From: Planctomycetota bacterium
Lineage (GTDB): Bacteria; Planctomycetota; UBA1135; UBA2386
Assembly: GCA_965228735.1 (NCBI GenBank)
Contig: OZ245838.1
Span: 2,880,001 to 2,944,000 of the forward strand
DNA length: 64,000 nt
Direction of reading: 5' to 3'
The notes beneath the pieces are model-generated. The model saw nothing but the letters and a program-made list of their open reading frames with translations, did no database searches and was not told where the DNA came from. Numbering within the stretch: position 1 is the stretch's first letter; each line of letters begins with the position of its first letter. This document shows, one piece after another, positions 49,502-59,239 of this stretch. A program made the translations under genes and the position numbers.

Positions 49502-49846
49502 TCACGTCGCCGGGGGCACCGGATCCTGACCATCGCTCACCCGGCGCTCCAGTTCGGCGAGCGGCGGGATGCCCCACTTGCTGCGTTCGCTGTCCGTCGT
49601 CCCCGCCTCGACGGGCCACAGCTCGCGCCGGCCGTCCCGCTGCCGCACCTGGGTGCCGAACTTCTGCGGCTCCCCGGCGAGGACGCGCATGCGATCGAAC
49701 GCGGCGGCCGCGAGCGGCGGCACGCGCGGGTCGCTCGAGACGTGGCGGACGAGCCCGCGGTAGGCGTCCTGCACGGCGTCGAGGCGGTCGCGCTCGAGGG
49801 CCGCGCGCATCGCCGCCACCGCGTCCTCGATCTCCTCGCCGGTCAT
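49502..49846 (-). CDS. Small hypothetical protein (DUF6624-like C-terminal motif)
   Basis: AAAFDRMRVLAGEPQKFGTQ...DSERSKWGIPPL. Confidence 0.65.
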   Translation of the reverse strand: MTGEEIEDAVAAMRAALERDRLDAVQDAYRGLVRHVSSDPRVPPLAAAAFDRMRVLAGEPQKFGTQVRQRDGRRELWPVEAGTTDSERSKWGIPPLAELERRVSDGQDPVPPAT

Positions 49847-49859
49847 CGTCGCCGCTCTC

Positions 49860-51410
49860 TCACTGCATGAGTTCCACGATCTGGGTCGCGAGCCGCTGTG
49901 CCAGGTCGTCCCACGCATCGTCGCTCCCGGCCCCGTCGCCGCCCGCCATGTCCACGAACCGCACCGGTCCGGCAGCGCGATCGCCCGCGACGCTCAGCAT
50001 CACGTCCACGTCCGCACGCGACGCCTGGGCGGCGAACAGCACGAGCCCGACATCGTTCTCCGCGCACCACGCCGCGACCTCCGCGAGGGTCGCCTCGAGA
50101 GGCTGTCGCCGCCGCCGTGGCGCGCCGAACGGATCCACGTTCTCGAACTCGGACACGCCGAAGACGAGCACGTCGGGCCGGTAGCCCGTGTAGAACCGGG
50201 AGAACATCGCCCACTGCTGCTCGCTCCAGCCGTCGAACGTCGGCAGGCACGGCACGTCGACGAACGCCGGCGCGCGCAGACCGAGCAACGCGGCGGCGCG
50301 ATTGCCGACGAGCAGTTCGAGGTGGCGTTCCTTCGGCTGTTCGAGCGGCCGGCCGTAGAGCATCTGGCCGCCGAGCAGGAAGACGCGGTGGTCGGCCTCC
50401 TCGGCGGTGTGGATGACGAACGGGCCGTCCACGAGCTGCGCGTGCGCCTGCACGAGCTGCGCGCCGGCGGCCACGCCGAACAGCCGGTCGAGCTGCGCGG
50501 TCGAGCGCTGCACGGGCGGCGCCACGACGATCAGCAGCGCCCCGACCACGGCGAGCAACCGCATGCCGCGAACCAGCAGCAGCGCGATCGCCGCGGTCCC
50601 GGCGAGGTAGGCGAGCAGCGTCGCGGGCGGCGGGTGCCAGAGCGGCGGCCCCGACTGGGAGCCCGCGAGCACCCACGCCGCGAGCGCGAACGCGAGCCCG
50701 ACCGACGGCTGCGCCCCGCGCAGGCGGATGATCACCGCGAGCAGTCCGCCGACGACGATGCCGAGGCCGACCCAGAACCAGCGCGACCACAGCCACGGCG
50801 TCGCGAGCCCGAGGGGCGTGATCGTGAGACTGCGGACGACGGCCGTGCCGCCGCGCGCGACGAGGAGGAACGAGCCGTGGATGTCGTCGGCGAAAAAGCG
50901 CTCCAGCTTCCTGCCGGCGACGTTGGCGTCGAGCGCGCGCCCGCGCCCCTTCACCCAGACGGTCGCGGAATGCCCGGGCGACAGGTCGACGCCGCCGGCG
51001 TCGCGATCCCCGAGCAACGCCTGGTCGCGCGACAGCCACGGCGAACCCGCGCGATCCGCGGACAGTCGCAGCACGCTGAAGCGGCCGTGGAACGGTTCGA
51101 GCTCGGCGCCGATCGTGCGGGGCTCGACGCGCCGCACGACGAGATCGACGATCGCGCCCTCACCGAGTTCGACCTCGAGCTGCAGGTCGAAGTCACCGAA
51201 GGCGAACGGCACGGGCAACCGGCGCGCGTCGTTGATGACGAACGGCTCCTCCTCCCAGCGACCCGTGTAGGGCTGATCGCGCAGCGCGACGCCGCCGGCC
51301 GCGATCGTCGGGTGGATCAGGCCAGCGCAGAACCACCCTGCGACGGCGCCGAACACCAGCATCAGGAGGAGCGAGACGGCGAAGCGATCGTTGGGCTGGC
51401 GTTCGGGCAT
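49860..51410 (-). CDS. Membrane protein with a beta-rich domain and C-terminal SGNH-hydrolase-like domain
   Basis: N-terminal TM, 4 central TMs, RVFLLGG.., YRPDVLVFGVSEFEN, VGLVLF; catalytic Ser not evident. Confidence 0.65.
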   Translation of the reverse strand: MPERQPNDRFAVSLLLMLVFGAVAGWFCAGLIHPTIAAGGVALRDQPYTGRWEEEPFVINDARRLPVPFAFGDFDLQLEVELGEGAIVDLVVRRVEPRTIGAELEPFHGRFSVLRLSADRAGSPWLSRDQALLGDRDAGGVDLSPGHSATVWVKGRGRALDANVAGRKLERFFADDIHGSFLLVARGGTAVVRSLTITPLGLATPWLWSRWFWVGLGIVVGGLLAVIIRLRGAQPSVGLAFALAAWVLAGSQSGPPLWHPPPATLLAYLAGTAAIALLLVRGMRLLAVVGALLIVVAPPVQRSTAQLDRLFGVAAGAQLVQAHAQLVDGPFVIHTAEEADHRVFLLGGQMLYGRPLEQPKERHLELLVGNRAAALLGLRAPAFVDVPCLPTFDGWSEQQWAMFSRFYTGYRPDVLVFGVSEFENVDPFGAPRRRRQPLEATLAEVAAWCAENDVGLVLFAAQASRADVDVMLSVAGDRAAGPVRFVDMAGGDGAGSDDAWDDLAQRLATQIVELMQ

Positions 51411-51450
51411 GCGCTGGCGCGGCGGGCGCCGCGATCCTACAACACGTGAC

Positions 51451-52617
51451 GTGCAGGAAAACGAGTGGATCGTCGACCGCGTCGTGCTGCCCGATCGGGT
51501 CTGGCACGAGGCTCGCATCGCGGCCGTCGACGGCCTCGTCTCCAGCGTGGATCGCCCGGCTGGGGATCGCCCGGTTGGGGATCGACCGGGGGCCGAACGC
51601 CTGCGCGGCACGCTGCTGCCGGGCTTCGTCGACCTGCAGGTCAACGGCGCCGGCGGTCGCGGCGTCGACGAGGCGACGCCCGAGGCGCTCGACGTCGTCG
51701 CGCGCGCGGTGCAGTCGGGCGGCGCGATCGCGTTCCTGCCGACGCTGATCACGGCGGAGTGGTCGAAGCTGCTCGACCAGACCGCGGCCGTCGCGCGTTG
51801 GATCCGCGCGTTCGACGCCGGCACGCGTCCCGACGAGGCGACGCCGCTCGGGCTGCACCTCGAGGGCCCGTTCCTGTCCGCGCCGGGCGCACACCCCGAA
51901 CAGCACTTCCGCGACCCGACCCCGGAACGCGTCGACGAGCTGCTCGCCGCGGCCGACGGGCAGCTGCGACTCGTCACGCTGTCGTCCGCGCGCGCCGGTG
52001 CCGCCGCCGCGATCGAGCGACTCACGGAGAACGGCGTCACGTGCGCCATCGGGCACTGCGACGACCCCACGGGGTTCACCGCCGCGGTCGACGCCGGTGC
52101 CACCGCGGTGACGCACCTGTTCAACGCCATGGGGCGCATCCACCACCGTGACGCAGGCGTCGCGGTCCTCGCCCTCGACGACCCGCGCGTCACGTGCCCG
52201 CTCATCGTCGACGGCGTGCACGTGCAGCCCGCGATGGTCCGGCTCGCTCTGCGGCAGAAGGGGGCTGACCGCATCGTGCTCGTGACGGACGCGGTCAGCG
52301 CTGCGGGCATGCCGAACGGCGACTACACGTTGTCGGGCATCTCGGTCCGGCTCGAGGACGGCATCGTCCGCGACGGCGAGGGGCGGCTCGCGGGCTCGGC
52401 GCTGACGATGGCGCAGGCGGCGCGGAACGTGCTGCGCTTCGCCCCGGAGATCGGCCCGTGGACGCTCGCGCGGCTCGCCAGCACCAACCCGGCCCGGCTC
52501 ATCGGCCAGGACGGTGATGCCGGCTACGGCGCGATCCAGCCGGGCGGCCGCGCCGCGTTCACGTTCCTCGGCGACGACGGGTCGATCCGCGTCGTGCGCG
52601 GTCAGTCCCCAGAGTGA
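51451..52617 (+). CDS. nagA: N-acetylglucosamine-6-phosphate deacetylase
   Basis: PGFVDLQVNG, LPTLIT, HLEGPF, GAH, THLFNAM, DGVHV, LVTDA, LAGS. Confidence 0.93.
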   Translation: MQENEWIVDRVVLPDRVWHEARIAAVDGLVSSVDRPAGDRPVGDRPGAERLRGTLLPGFVDLQVNGAGGRGVDEATPEALDVVARAVQSGGAIAFLPTLITAEWSKLLDQTAAVARWIRAFDAGTRPDEATPLGLHLEGPFLSAPGAHPEQHFRDPTPERVDELLAAADGQLRLVTLSSARAGAAAAIERLTENGVTCAIGHCDDPTGFTAAVDAGATAVTHLFNAMGRIHHRDAGVAVLALDDPRVTCPLIVDGVHVQPAMVRLALRQKGADRIVLVTDAVSAAGMPNGDYTLSGISVRLEDGIVRDGEGRLAGSALTMAQAARNVLRFAPEIGPWTLARLASTNPARLIGQDGDAGYGAIQPGGRAAFTFLGDDGSIRVVRGQSPE

Positions 52618-54494
52618 GGATCGGCTGATTGAGAATCGGGCGGGCGCACCTCGACCTCCGTGCCGCCGGTGACGCCGACCGCGACGGGCACGAGGTAGCA
52701 CCAGTCGCGGGTCTCCTGGTCGCCGGCCTCGCTCACGCGAACGATCGCCCGCACGCGCACGCGCAACACCCCGTCGCCGCGTTCTTCGATCGGCACGAGC
52801 ACGGGCGCGTGCTCGGCTTCGAGCTCGACCGTCGTGACGCGCGGCGTCGCGAGCACGGGATCGCGTTCGTCGACGATCACGACCTCCGCCGGCGCGGTGC
52901 CGTCCAGTTCTTCGCCGGCCTCGACCGGCAGATGGATCCGCAGCAGGACATCGCTGAACTCGAGCGCCGCGATCGCCGCCGCGACGACGACCTTCGCGCG
53001 CTCCGGCACGGTGGCCGCATCGGCCGCGGCCGATCGCACCGGCGCGGGCAACGATCGCCCCGCCGCCGGCAACACCGTTCGCGCGACGAGCGGTTCCCGC
53101 GCGAGGTCGAACGCGAACACCGCGTCGGCGCCCGCGTCCGCGACGTAGAGCTCGCCGTCGTGGAACGTCAGACCGACAGGCTCGATGAGACCATGGCTCG
53201 CATCGAGCACCGGCTCCGGCCGACCGTCGCCGCCGGGCGCGATGCGAACGATGGCGGGGCGGTAGCTCAGCGCCGCGTAGACCGCCTGCTCGCCACCGTC
53301 CTCGGCGGCCGGCCCGAACGCGACCGCGACCGGGCGGTCGAGTCCCTGCGCGATCGTCTCGCAGAAGTTGTGGCCGAGCTCGACGATCCGCACCCCGTCG
53401 TTGCCGGCATCCGCGACGGCGAGCAGGTGATCGTTCCCGGCGATGCCGCGCGGTTCCGAGAACTCGGCCTCCTCCCCGCCGTCGACGAGCCCACGCGAGC
53501 CCGTGCCCACCCACGCCGATGCCGCGCGCGTCTCGGGGTCGAACTGCCAGATCTGGTGCGTCCCGGCCTGCGCGAAATACGCGCCCGTCGAACCGCCCGC
53601 ACCGGTGAGCCCGCTCGGCAGCGCGAGTTCCTGCTCCTCGCCGAAGCCACCGCCGTACGGATCCGAGCCGCACTCGCCGGTGCCGAGCACGATCTCGGCC
53701 GTGCCCGCGCGTTCGACCGACCAGAGTGCGTGCCGCCCCCAATCCGATACGAGCACGTGGTCCTCGGTCGCGACGATCGCGGTCGGCCAGCGCGGCCCGG
53801 CGATCTCCGCCGCGACCTCGCCCTTCACGGTTACCGCGAGCACCGATCCACGCGATCGCGAGCCGACCCACAACGTGTCGCCATCGCTCGCGATCGCCGT
53901 CGGCGCGAGCGCAGCGGCCGGCTCGTCCACCACCCCGGGCCCGCGCGGCGTGCCGAAGAGCACCAGGTCGTGCCGTTCGACGCGCCCCTCGTCACGCGCC
54001 CCGCGATCGTCCGCTTCGCGCAGGAGCTGATCGACGGCGGCGAGCAACCGCCGCGGCTCGAGCAGCCCGTGACCGACGAAGCGGATCGCACCGATCGCGT
54101 CGACGAGCACGACGGCCGGCAGTGCCCGCAGTCCACAGCGGCGCACGAACTCCCGCGACTCGTCGATGGCGATGGTGACCGAAGCGCGCGCGAACCGCAC
54201 GGCGCGGGCGAGCCGCGCCGGGTCGCGTTCGGCCGCGAGCACCGGCGAATGCACCGCGAGCGCCGCGATCGTCGGTCGCTCGGCAGCGAGCTCGGCGAGC
54301 AGTCCGAGCGCGACCTCCGAGACGGCGCAGCCGAGCCGCCACGGCAGCACGATCGCGACCGAATCGCGCAGCGCGGTGTGGACGACGAGCGGCGGCCGAT
54401 CGAGGCACGACAACGTGAGCGAGAGCTCGGACAGCCTGGTCGGCGCTTGCGCGGGCACCCACGCAGTAGACCGACAGCCGGGACTCGGGTCCAC
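52602..54494 (-). CDS. Thioredoxin-like (degenerate) + NHL-repeat protein (NHLRC2-like architecture)
   Basis: AVHSP..AER, PAVVLVD Trx-like domain; LALPSGL, AGTHQIWQFD, FSEPRGIA, VADAGNDGVR, LYVADAG NHL repeats. Confidence 0.75.
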   Translation of the reverse strand: MDPSPGCRSTAWVPAQAPTRLSELSLTLSCLDRPPLVVHTALRDSVAIVLPWRLGCAVSEVALGLLAELAAERPTIAALAVHSPVLAAERDPARLARAVRFARASVTIAIDESREFVRRCGLRALPAVVLVDAIGAIRFVGHGLLEPRRLLAAVDQLLREADDRGARDEGRVERHDLVLFGTPRGPGVVDEPAAALAPTAIASDGDTLWVGSRSRGSVLAVTVKGEVAAEIAGPRWPTAIVATEDHVLVSDWGRHALWSVERAGTAEIVLGTGECGSDPYGGGFGEEQELALPSGLTGAGGSTGAYFAQAGTHQIWQFDPETRAASAWVGTGSRGLVDGGEEAEFSEPRGIAGNDHLLAVADAGNDGVRIVELGHNFCETIAQGLDRPVAVAFGPAAEDGGEQAVYAALSYRPAIVRIAPGGDGRPEPVLDASHGLIEPVGLTFHDGELYVADAGADAVFAFDLAREPLVARTVLPAAGRSLPAPVRSAAADAATVPERAKVVVAAAIAALEFSDVLLRIHLPVEAGEELDGTAPAEVVIVDERDPVLATPRVTTVELEAEHAPVLVPIEERGDGVLRVRVRAIVRVSEAGDQETRDWCYLVPVAVGVTGGTEVEVRPPDSQSADPHSGD

Positions 54495-54507
54495 GGCCGA
54501 GCGCCGT

Positions 54508-54571
54508 GGCGTCAGTTCACCGGGGTGTCAGTTCGGGGCGGCGTCAGCTCGCTGGGGCGTCATTTCGCGGC
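54508..54571. repeat. Four imperfect 16-bp direct repeats at the glpD stop
   Basis: GGYGTCAKYTC core at 54508, 54524, 54540 and 54556. Confidence 0.6.
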
Positions 54572-56176
54572 GGGGGCGCCGCGCCACGAATCGAGCGCGC
54601 CGCGCATCACCTCCGCCTCGGCCTCGACCTCGACGATCTCGTCCGCGCCGCGATCGTGCTGCGCCACGCGGCCGAACAGCGCATGCGCCCGCCGCAGACA
54701 CGAACGTTCGAGACACGGTCCGCGCGGGTCGACGAGGCGCCGCAGCAGCACGTCGGCGAGCTTGACGACGCCGGTCTCCGCCGTCGCGTAGAGCAGTTCG
54801 GCCGCGAGGAACGGGCGGTGCGGGCAGAGCGGCTCGGCGAGCGTGCGGTCGCGCGCGGCGATCTCCCAGACCCGGCTCGCGAGCGCCCCGTGGCGCCACC
54901 ACAGCGGATCGTCGAACTCGCGCGGTCCGTCGCCGCCCGGCAGCGCGACCGTGCGCGTCGGCGATCGGCGCGACTTGCCGAACAGGCTCGCGACCGTGCG
55001 CTCGGCGAACGCGCGGTGCGTCGTGAGCTTGCCGCCGACGACCGTGTGCATGTCGCCGCACGCGATCGATTCGGTCACCGTGAACGCCTCGCGGCTGACG
55101 CCGCCGGCCGGCCCCTCGACCGCGGGCAGCGCGCGCCAGCCCGCATACGCGAACTCGAGATCGTTCGCACGAGGCGCGGGCTCGAGCAGCCAGCCCAGTG
55201 CAGCCTGCAGATAGTCGAGGTCCGCGGCCGGCGGCCCGGTCTCGTCGCCGTCGAGCTCGTCATCGACGTCGGTCGTGCCACAGATCGTGCCGCCCGGATG
55301 CGGAATGACGAACTGGATCCGGCCGTCGGGCAGGAACGCCGTGAGCGCGGTCTCGCCCAGGCGCGCGGGCAGGATCACGTGACTGCCGCGCGTGAGCCGC
55401 ACGAGCGGGTCGCCGTCCAGCCCTGCCGTTCTGCGCACGGCGTCGACGGCCGGACCGGTCGCGTTGATCACGTGCTTGGTCGCGAGGTGGACCTCGTCGC
55501 CCGTGATGCGGTCGAGCAGCCGCACGGAGCCCCGATCGACGCCGAGGAACCCGCAGTGGTTGACGACCCGCGCGCCAGCGGCGGCCGCCGCCATCACGTT
55601 CGCGAGCGTGAGGTCCGTGTCACGCGTCGCCGCGTCGAAGAACTCGAGCGCCGACTTCAGCCCCGTCGTTCGCAGCCCCGGGAACGCGCGCGCCGCATCC
55701 GCGGCGCGCACGAGCCGCGGCCCGGGCAGCGTGCTCCTGCCCGCGAGCTTGCGGTAGAGCTTGGTGCCGAACCACATCAACCACCGCGGCGACGGCGAGG
55801 CTCGGCGCACGGGTTCGCCGAACGGCGCGAACTCGACGGCATCCGCACCCCGTTCGCGGAAGAACGGCATCAGCATCGGCAGCGGCCGGACGAGATGCGG
55901 CACCTGCCGGAGCAGCCGTTCGCGTTCGACGAGCGCCTCGCGCACGAGCGCGAACTGGGCATCACGCAGATACCGCAGACCGCCGTGCACGAGCCGGGAG
56001 CTGCGCGAGCTCGTTCCCGCGGCGAAATCGCGTGCATCGCAGAGCACGACGGACAGCCCGCGCATCGCGGCATCCCGCGCGATCGCCGCGCCCTGGATCC
56101 CGGCCCCGATCACGAGCAGGTCCGCGCTGGTGTCGTGAAGCTCTCGCGGATCGGTACGCACGCCCGTAGTAAGCAT
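54560..56176 (-). CDS. glpD: FAD-dependent glycerol-3-phosphate dehydrogenase
   Basis: VIGAGIQGAAIARDAAMRG, GTSSRSSRLVHGGLRYL, INATGP, GTTD, GGKLTTHR. Confidence 0.9.
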   Translation of the reverse strand: MLTTGVRTDPRELHDTSADLLVIGAGIQGAAIARDAAMRGLSVVLCDARDFAAGTSSRSSRLVHGGLRYLRDAQFALVREALVERERLLRQVPHLVRPLPMLMPFFRERGADAVEFAPFGEPVRRASPSPRWLMWFGTKLYRKLAGRSTLPGPRLVRAADAARAFPGLRTTGLKSALEFFDAATRDTDLTLANVMAAAAAGARVVNHCGFLGVDRGSVRLLDRITGDEVHLATKHVINATGPAVDAVRRTAGLDGDPLVRLTRGSHVILPARLGETALTAFLPDGRIQFVIPHPGGTICGTTDVDDELDGDETGPPAADLDYLQAALGWLLEPAPRANDLEFAYAGWRALPAVEGPAGGVSREAFTVTESIACGDMHTVVGGKLTTHRAFAERTVASLFGKSRRSPTRTVALPGGDGPREFDDPLWWRHGALASRVWEIAARDRTLAEPLCPHRPFLAAELLYATAETGVVKLADVLLRRLVDPRGPCLERSCLRRAHALFGRVAQHDRGADEIVEVEAEAEVMRGALDSWRGAPAAK

Positions 56177-56337
56177 AGGTTCCTTCCCCCCCTCGGGTCA
56201 CTACCGGACAGCGGTCGGTCGTCGGCTTCGGCGAGACACTCCGGGGCGCGGGTTTGGAAGCGCTCGCGCCTCGGGGGGAGGAACGACGTGGCAGCCTGGG
56301 GTGAGCGGGCGGCCGGCCGCTGTTTCTGACCGGTCGC

Positions 56338-57282
56338 CTACTCGGGCTTGCGGGCGATCAGGTGCAAGTCCTCGCCGCCGCGGCAGAAGCGGCAGAGCCG
56401 GTGCGGCCACAAGCCGTTGCAGACGAAGTAGGCCCAGCGGGTGCGGTTGAGGAAGTCGATGTACGGCTGGGGTTCGAGCCGGCCGCCGGGCGGAACGCCG
56501 CAACGCCGAGCGAGCCAGCGCGACAGACCGAAGCGGGCGCAGAGATCGTGCAGCAACCGGGGGTCGTGCCAGTAGCTCCAGGTCTCGACCCGGGCGACGT
56601 GAAAGCCCGCGTCCTGCACGAGCCGCCGCAGGTGCTTCGTCGAGAAGTGCGAGACGTGCTCGTCCGTGATGCCGTAGCCGAAGTGCTTGCCGAACAGCTT
56701 CGCCTTCCACGAGCCGTGGTTGGGCAACGACTGGTACATCACGCCGCCCGGCGCGAGCACGTCGAACACCTGGCGCACGACCCGGTCCGGCTCGGGCACG
56801 TGCTCGAGCGTGTGGTGCATGAGCACGGCGTCCATCGACGCCGGCTCGAACCCCGCGCGCTCGAGCGGCTCGTCGCGGACGTCGAGGCCGTGCCGATCGC
56901 GCGCGACGGCAACGGCCGCGGCCGACAGCTCGATCCCGAACGGCTCCCAGCCGCGCTCGCGCGCGACGACGAGCGACGTGCCGATCGAACAACCGACGTC
57001 GAGCAGCTTGCCCCGCGCCCGACCCGGCGTCCCGTGCGACTCGATCGCGGCCAGGATCGTCGCGAACCGTTCGAGGTTGGCCTCGTGATCCTGCTCGGCG
57101 GCCGCGGCGCTGAGCGTGTCGGCGGCGTAGAACCGGTCGAGGTCACCGTCGCCCGGTCCCGCGTCCGCCATCCGCGAGAAGCCGCACGCGCGGCAGCGCT
57201 CGAACCGATGCCCGACCGCTTCGAACGTCGCGCGAAACGTCGTCCCGCGGCACACCGGGCATGGTTCAGCGTTCGAAGTCAA
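56338..57282 (-). CDS. Class I SAM-dependent methyltransferase with N-terminal zinc ribbon
   Basis: CPVC..RCRACG; LLDVGCSIG; HTLEHVPEP; LAPGGV; PN..EHVSHFS. Confidence 0.9.
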   Translation of the reverse strand: MTSNAEPCPVCRGTTFRATFEAVGHRFERCRACGFSRMADAGPGDGDLDRFYAADTLSAAAAEQDHEANLERFATILAAIESHGTPGRARGKLLDVGCSIGTSLVVARERGWEPFGIELSAAAVAVARDRHGLDVRDEPLERAGFEPASMDAVLMHHTLEHVPEPDRVVRQVFDVLAPGGVMYQSLPNHGSWKAKLFGKHFGYGITDEHVSHFSTKHLRRLVQDAGFHVARVETWSYWHDPRLLHDLCARFGLSRWLARRCGVPPGGRLEPQPYIDFLNRTRWAYFVCNGLWPHRLCRFCRGGEDLHLIARKPE

Positions 57283-57511
57283 GGCTCGTCAGGACGGTAG
57301 CGCGAACCTCCGGCGACGGGACTGCTCTTGTCATGGAAATCGGCGGCATCCGAGGCGCCGCGACGTGCTACCGCTGCCTCCAAGGTCTTGCCGCCGATCA
57401 CGTTTTGCGAATCGACGAGCGCAACGTGAACGGTTTTTCGCGAAACGGGCTGCGGGCCGGGACCACGAACGGCGCGTTGCGGTTGCCAGTTCGGCAAACG
57501 AGCAACCCACC

Positions 57512-59227
57512 ATGCCCATCACGCAACCCCTCTCGTTCCGTTTCGCGATCTCGAGTCTCCTCGGTCTCGCGGTCCCCCTCTCCGCCCAACAGACTCTGCA
57601 CCGGCTCGAAGGGCTCACGGCCGGCGATCGGATCGGCCATTCGGTCTGCGGGTTCGACAACGCCAACGGCCAGCACGTCGTGCTCGCCGGCAGCCCGACC
57701 GGAGTCTACTTCGGAACGCCGGGCGGCCTGGTCCAGGCAACGGCGATCACCACGACGACCAAGAGCACGCTGTTCTGGCCGCTCAATGGCCTGAGCGGCG
57801 ACGACTACGGCGAGGTACTTGCCCTCGGTGAGCCCGGCACGTTCCTCGTGAGCAAGCCAGGCTATGACGGCGGTGGCGGAATGGGCAGCGGTGCCGTCGA
57901 ACTCTGTGATCGCGCGTCCGGTGCGACGATCGCAGTGCTCGACGGCACGATCGCGGGAGCGGCCTTCGGGCGCGATGCCTGCTTCCTTGGAGACGTGAAC
58001 AACGACGGGATCTCGGACTACGCCCTTGGATCCGACGATCAACCCATACACTACTGCACCTACTCATCACGCCCGCGAGGCGCAGCGATGGTCGTCTCTC
58101 ACACAGCCGGAACGGTGTCGATTCTGGGCAACATCTTCGGCAACTGCGGCTGCTCGTGGGGCTACGCATGGTCCCACATCATCGGTGACGCCATCGCGGC
58201 GCCCGGCGACCTCACCGGCGACGGTGTGGACGACATCCTGCTCGGCTCGCAAGATTGCGACGCCGTCTACGTGGCAACGTGGGACGCGACAGCCAACGCG
58301 TTCACGTGGCATGGCACGGCGATACCCGGTCCCAACTTGTTCGGCGCCGAGATCTGCGTCCTCGGCGACCTGAACGGCGACGGCGTCAACGACTTCGCCG
58401 TCGGCGCGCCCGGAGCCGGAGAGGTCCAGATCATCGACGGTAGCGCCCGCACCGTCCTGCGGTCCTGGACCGGCGCGGGCTCCAACACCGAGTTCGGCAC
58501 GGTGATGAGCCGCCTCGACGACCACGACGGCGACGGTCTTCCCGAACTCGTCGTCGGCGCGCCCGGCGTCGATGGCGGCCGCGGCGAGGTCTACGTCCTG
58601 TCCACGGGCACGGGGCAACTGCTTGCCGTGCTGCGCGGCAACGATCCGACGGGACGCTTCGGCGCCAGCGTCGCGACGATGCCGGACGTCACGGGCGACT
58701 CGCTCGACGAGGTCCTCGTGGGCGCTCCCGACGCGGATCCCCAGGGCCGCACCGATGCCGGCGAAGTCACCGTCCACACGTTCGACACTTACATGCCCGG
58801 CCTGCGGGTCGAGTTCGGCGCCGGGTGTACGCCGCCCCCGTTCGCCGGACCTGCGCCGCTACTGAGCACATCGCTGGGCCAACCCCGTCGCGGCGAGCTC
58901 TGGCGATTCGGCGTCCGCCGGGGCACGCCCGGCCGACTCGCGATCTTCGCGCTGGACATGGCTGCGCTGCCGATCCCGACGCCGTTCTGCACGTTCTCGC
59001 CGGTGTTCCCGTGCAACTGCCAACTGTTCGTGAATCCAACCCTGACCGGCAACATGCCGATCACGTCGCCGACCACGGATCAATCGGCGGGCGCGGGCAT
59101 CGGCGAATACGAGATGGCGATTCCGAGCAGCACGACCCTGCAAGGCCTGCCGGTCTATTGGCAGTGCTACATGCTGACGGGAATCCCGGGTCCGCTGACA
59201 CGCGGGATGGAAGTGTTCATCCAGTGA
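57512..59227 (+). CDS. Secreted FG-GAP (integrin alpha-like) repeat protein with C-terminal GxGC...YWQ domain
   Basis: Signal peptide; GDVNNDGISD, GDLTGDGVDD, GDLNGDGVNDFAVGAP, DHDGDGLPELVVGAP, DVTGDSLDEVLVGAP. Confidence 0.9.
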   Translation: MPITQPLSFRFAISSLLGLAVPLSAQQTLHRLEGLTAGDRIGHSVCGFDNANGQHVVLAGSPTGVYFGTPGGLVQATAITTTTKSTLFWPLNGLSGDDYGEVLALGEPGTFLVSKPGYDGGGGMGSGAVELCDRASGATIAVLDGTIAGAAFGRDACFLGDVNNDGISDYALGSDDQPIHYCTYSSRPRGAAMVVSHTAGTVSILGNIFGNCGCSWGYAWSHIIGDAIAAPGDLTGDGVDDILLGSQDCDAVYVATWDATANAFTWHGTAIPGPNLFGAEICVLGDLNGDGVNDFAVGAPGAGEVQIIDGSARTVLRSWTGAGSNTEFGTVMSRLDDHDGDGLPELVVGAPGVDGGRGEVYVLSTGTGQLLAVLRGNDPTGRFGASVATMPDVTGDSLDEVLVGAPDADPQGRTDAGEVTVHTFDTYMPGLRVEFGAGCTPPPFAGPAPLLSTSLGQPRRGELWRFGVRRGTPGRLAIFALDMAALPIPTPFCTFSPVFPCNCQLFVNPTLTGNMPITSPTTDQSAGAGIGEYEMAIPSSTTLQGLPVYWQCYMLTGIPGPLTRGMEVFIQ

Positions 59228-59239
59228 CGCCCGACAGCG

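Noticed and set aside
46270..50184. 1304-aa + strand ORF and other very long ORFs (25-1233, 986-2719, 5205-8228, 10275-13304, 38060-40633, 40432-42882)
   Set aside because: Antisense shadows of clearly identifiable genes; Arg/Ala/Val-rich with no motifs, as expected in high-GC DNA
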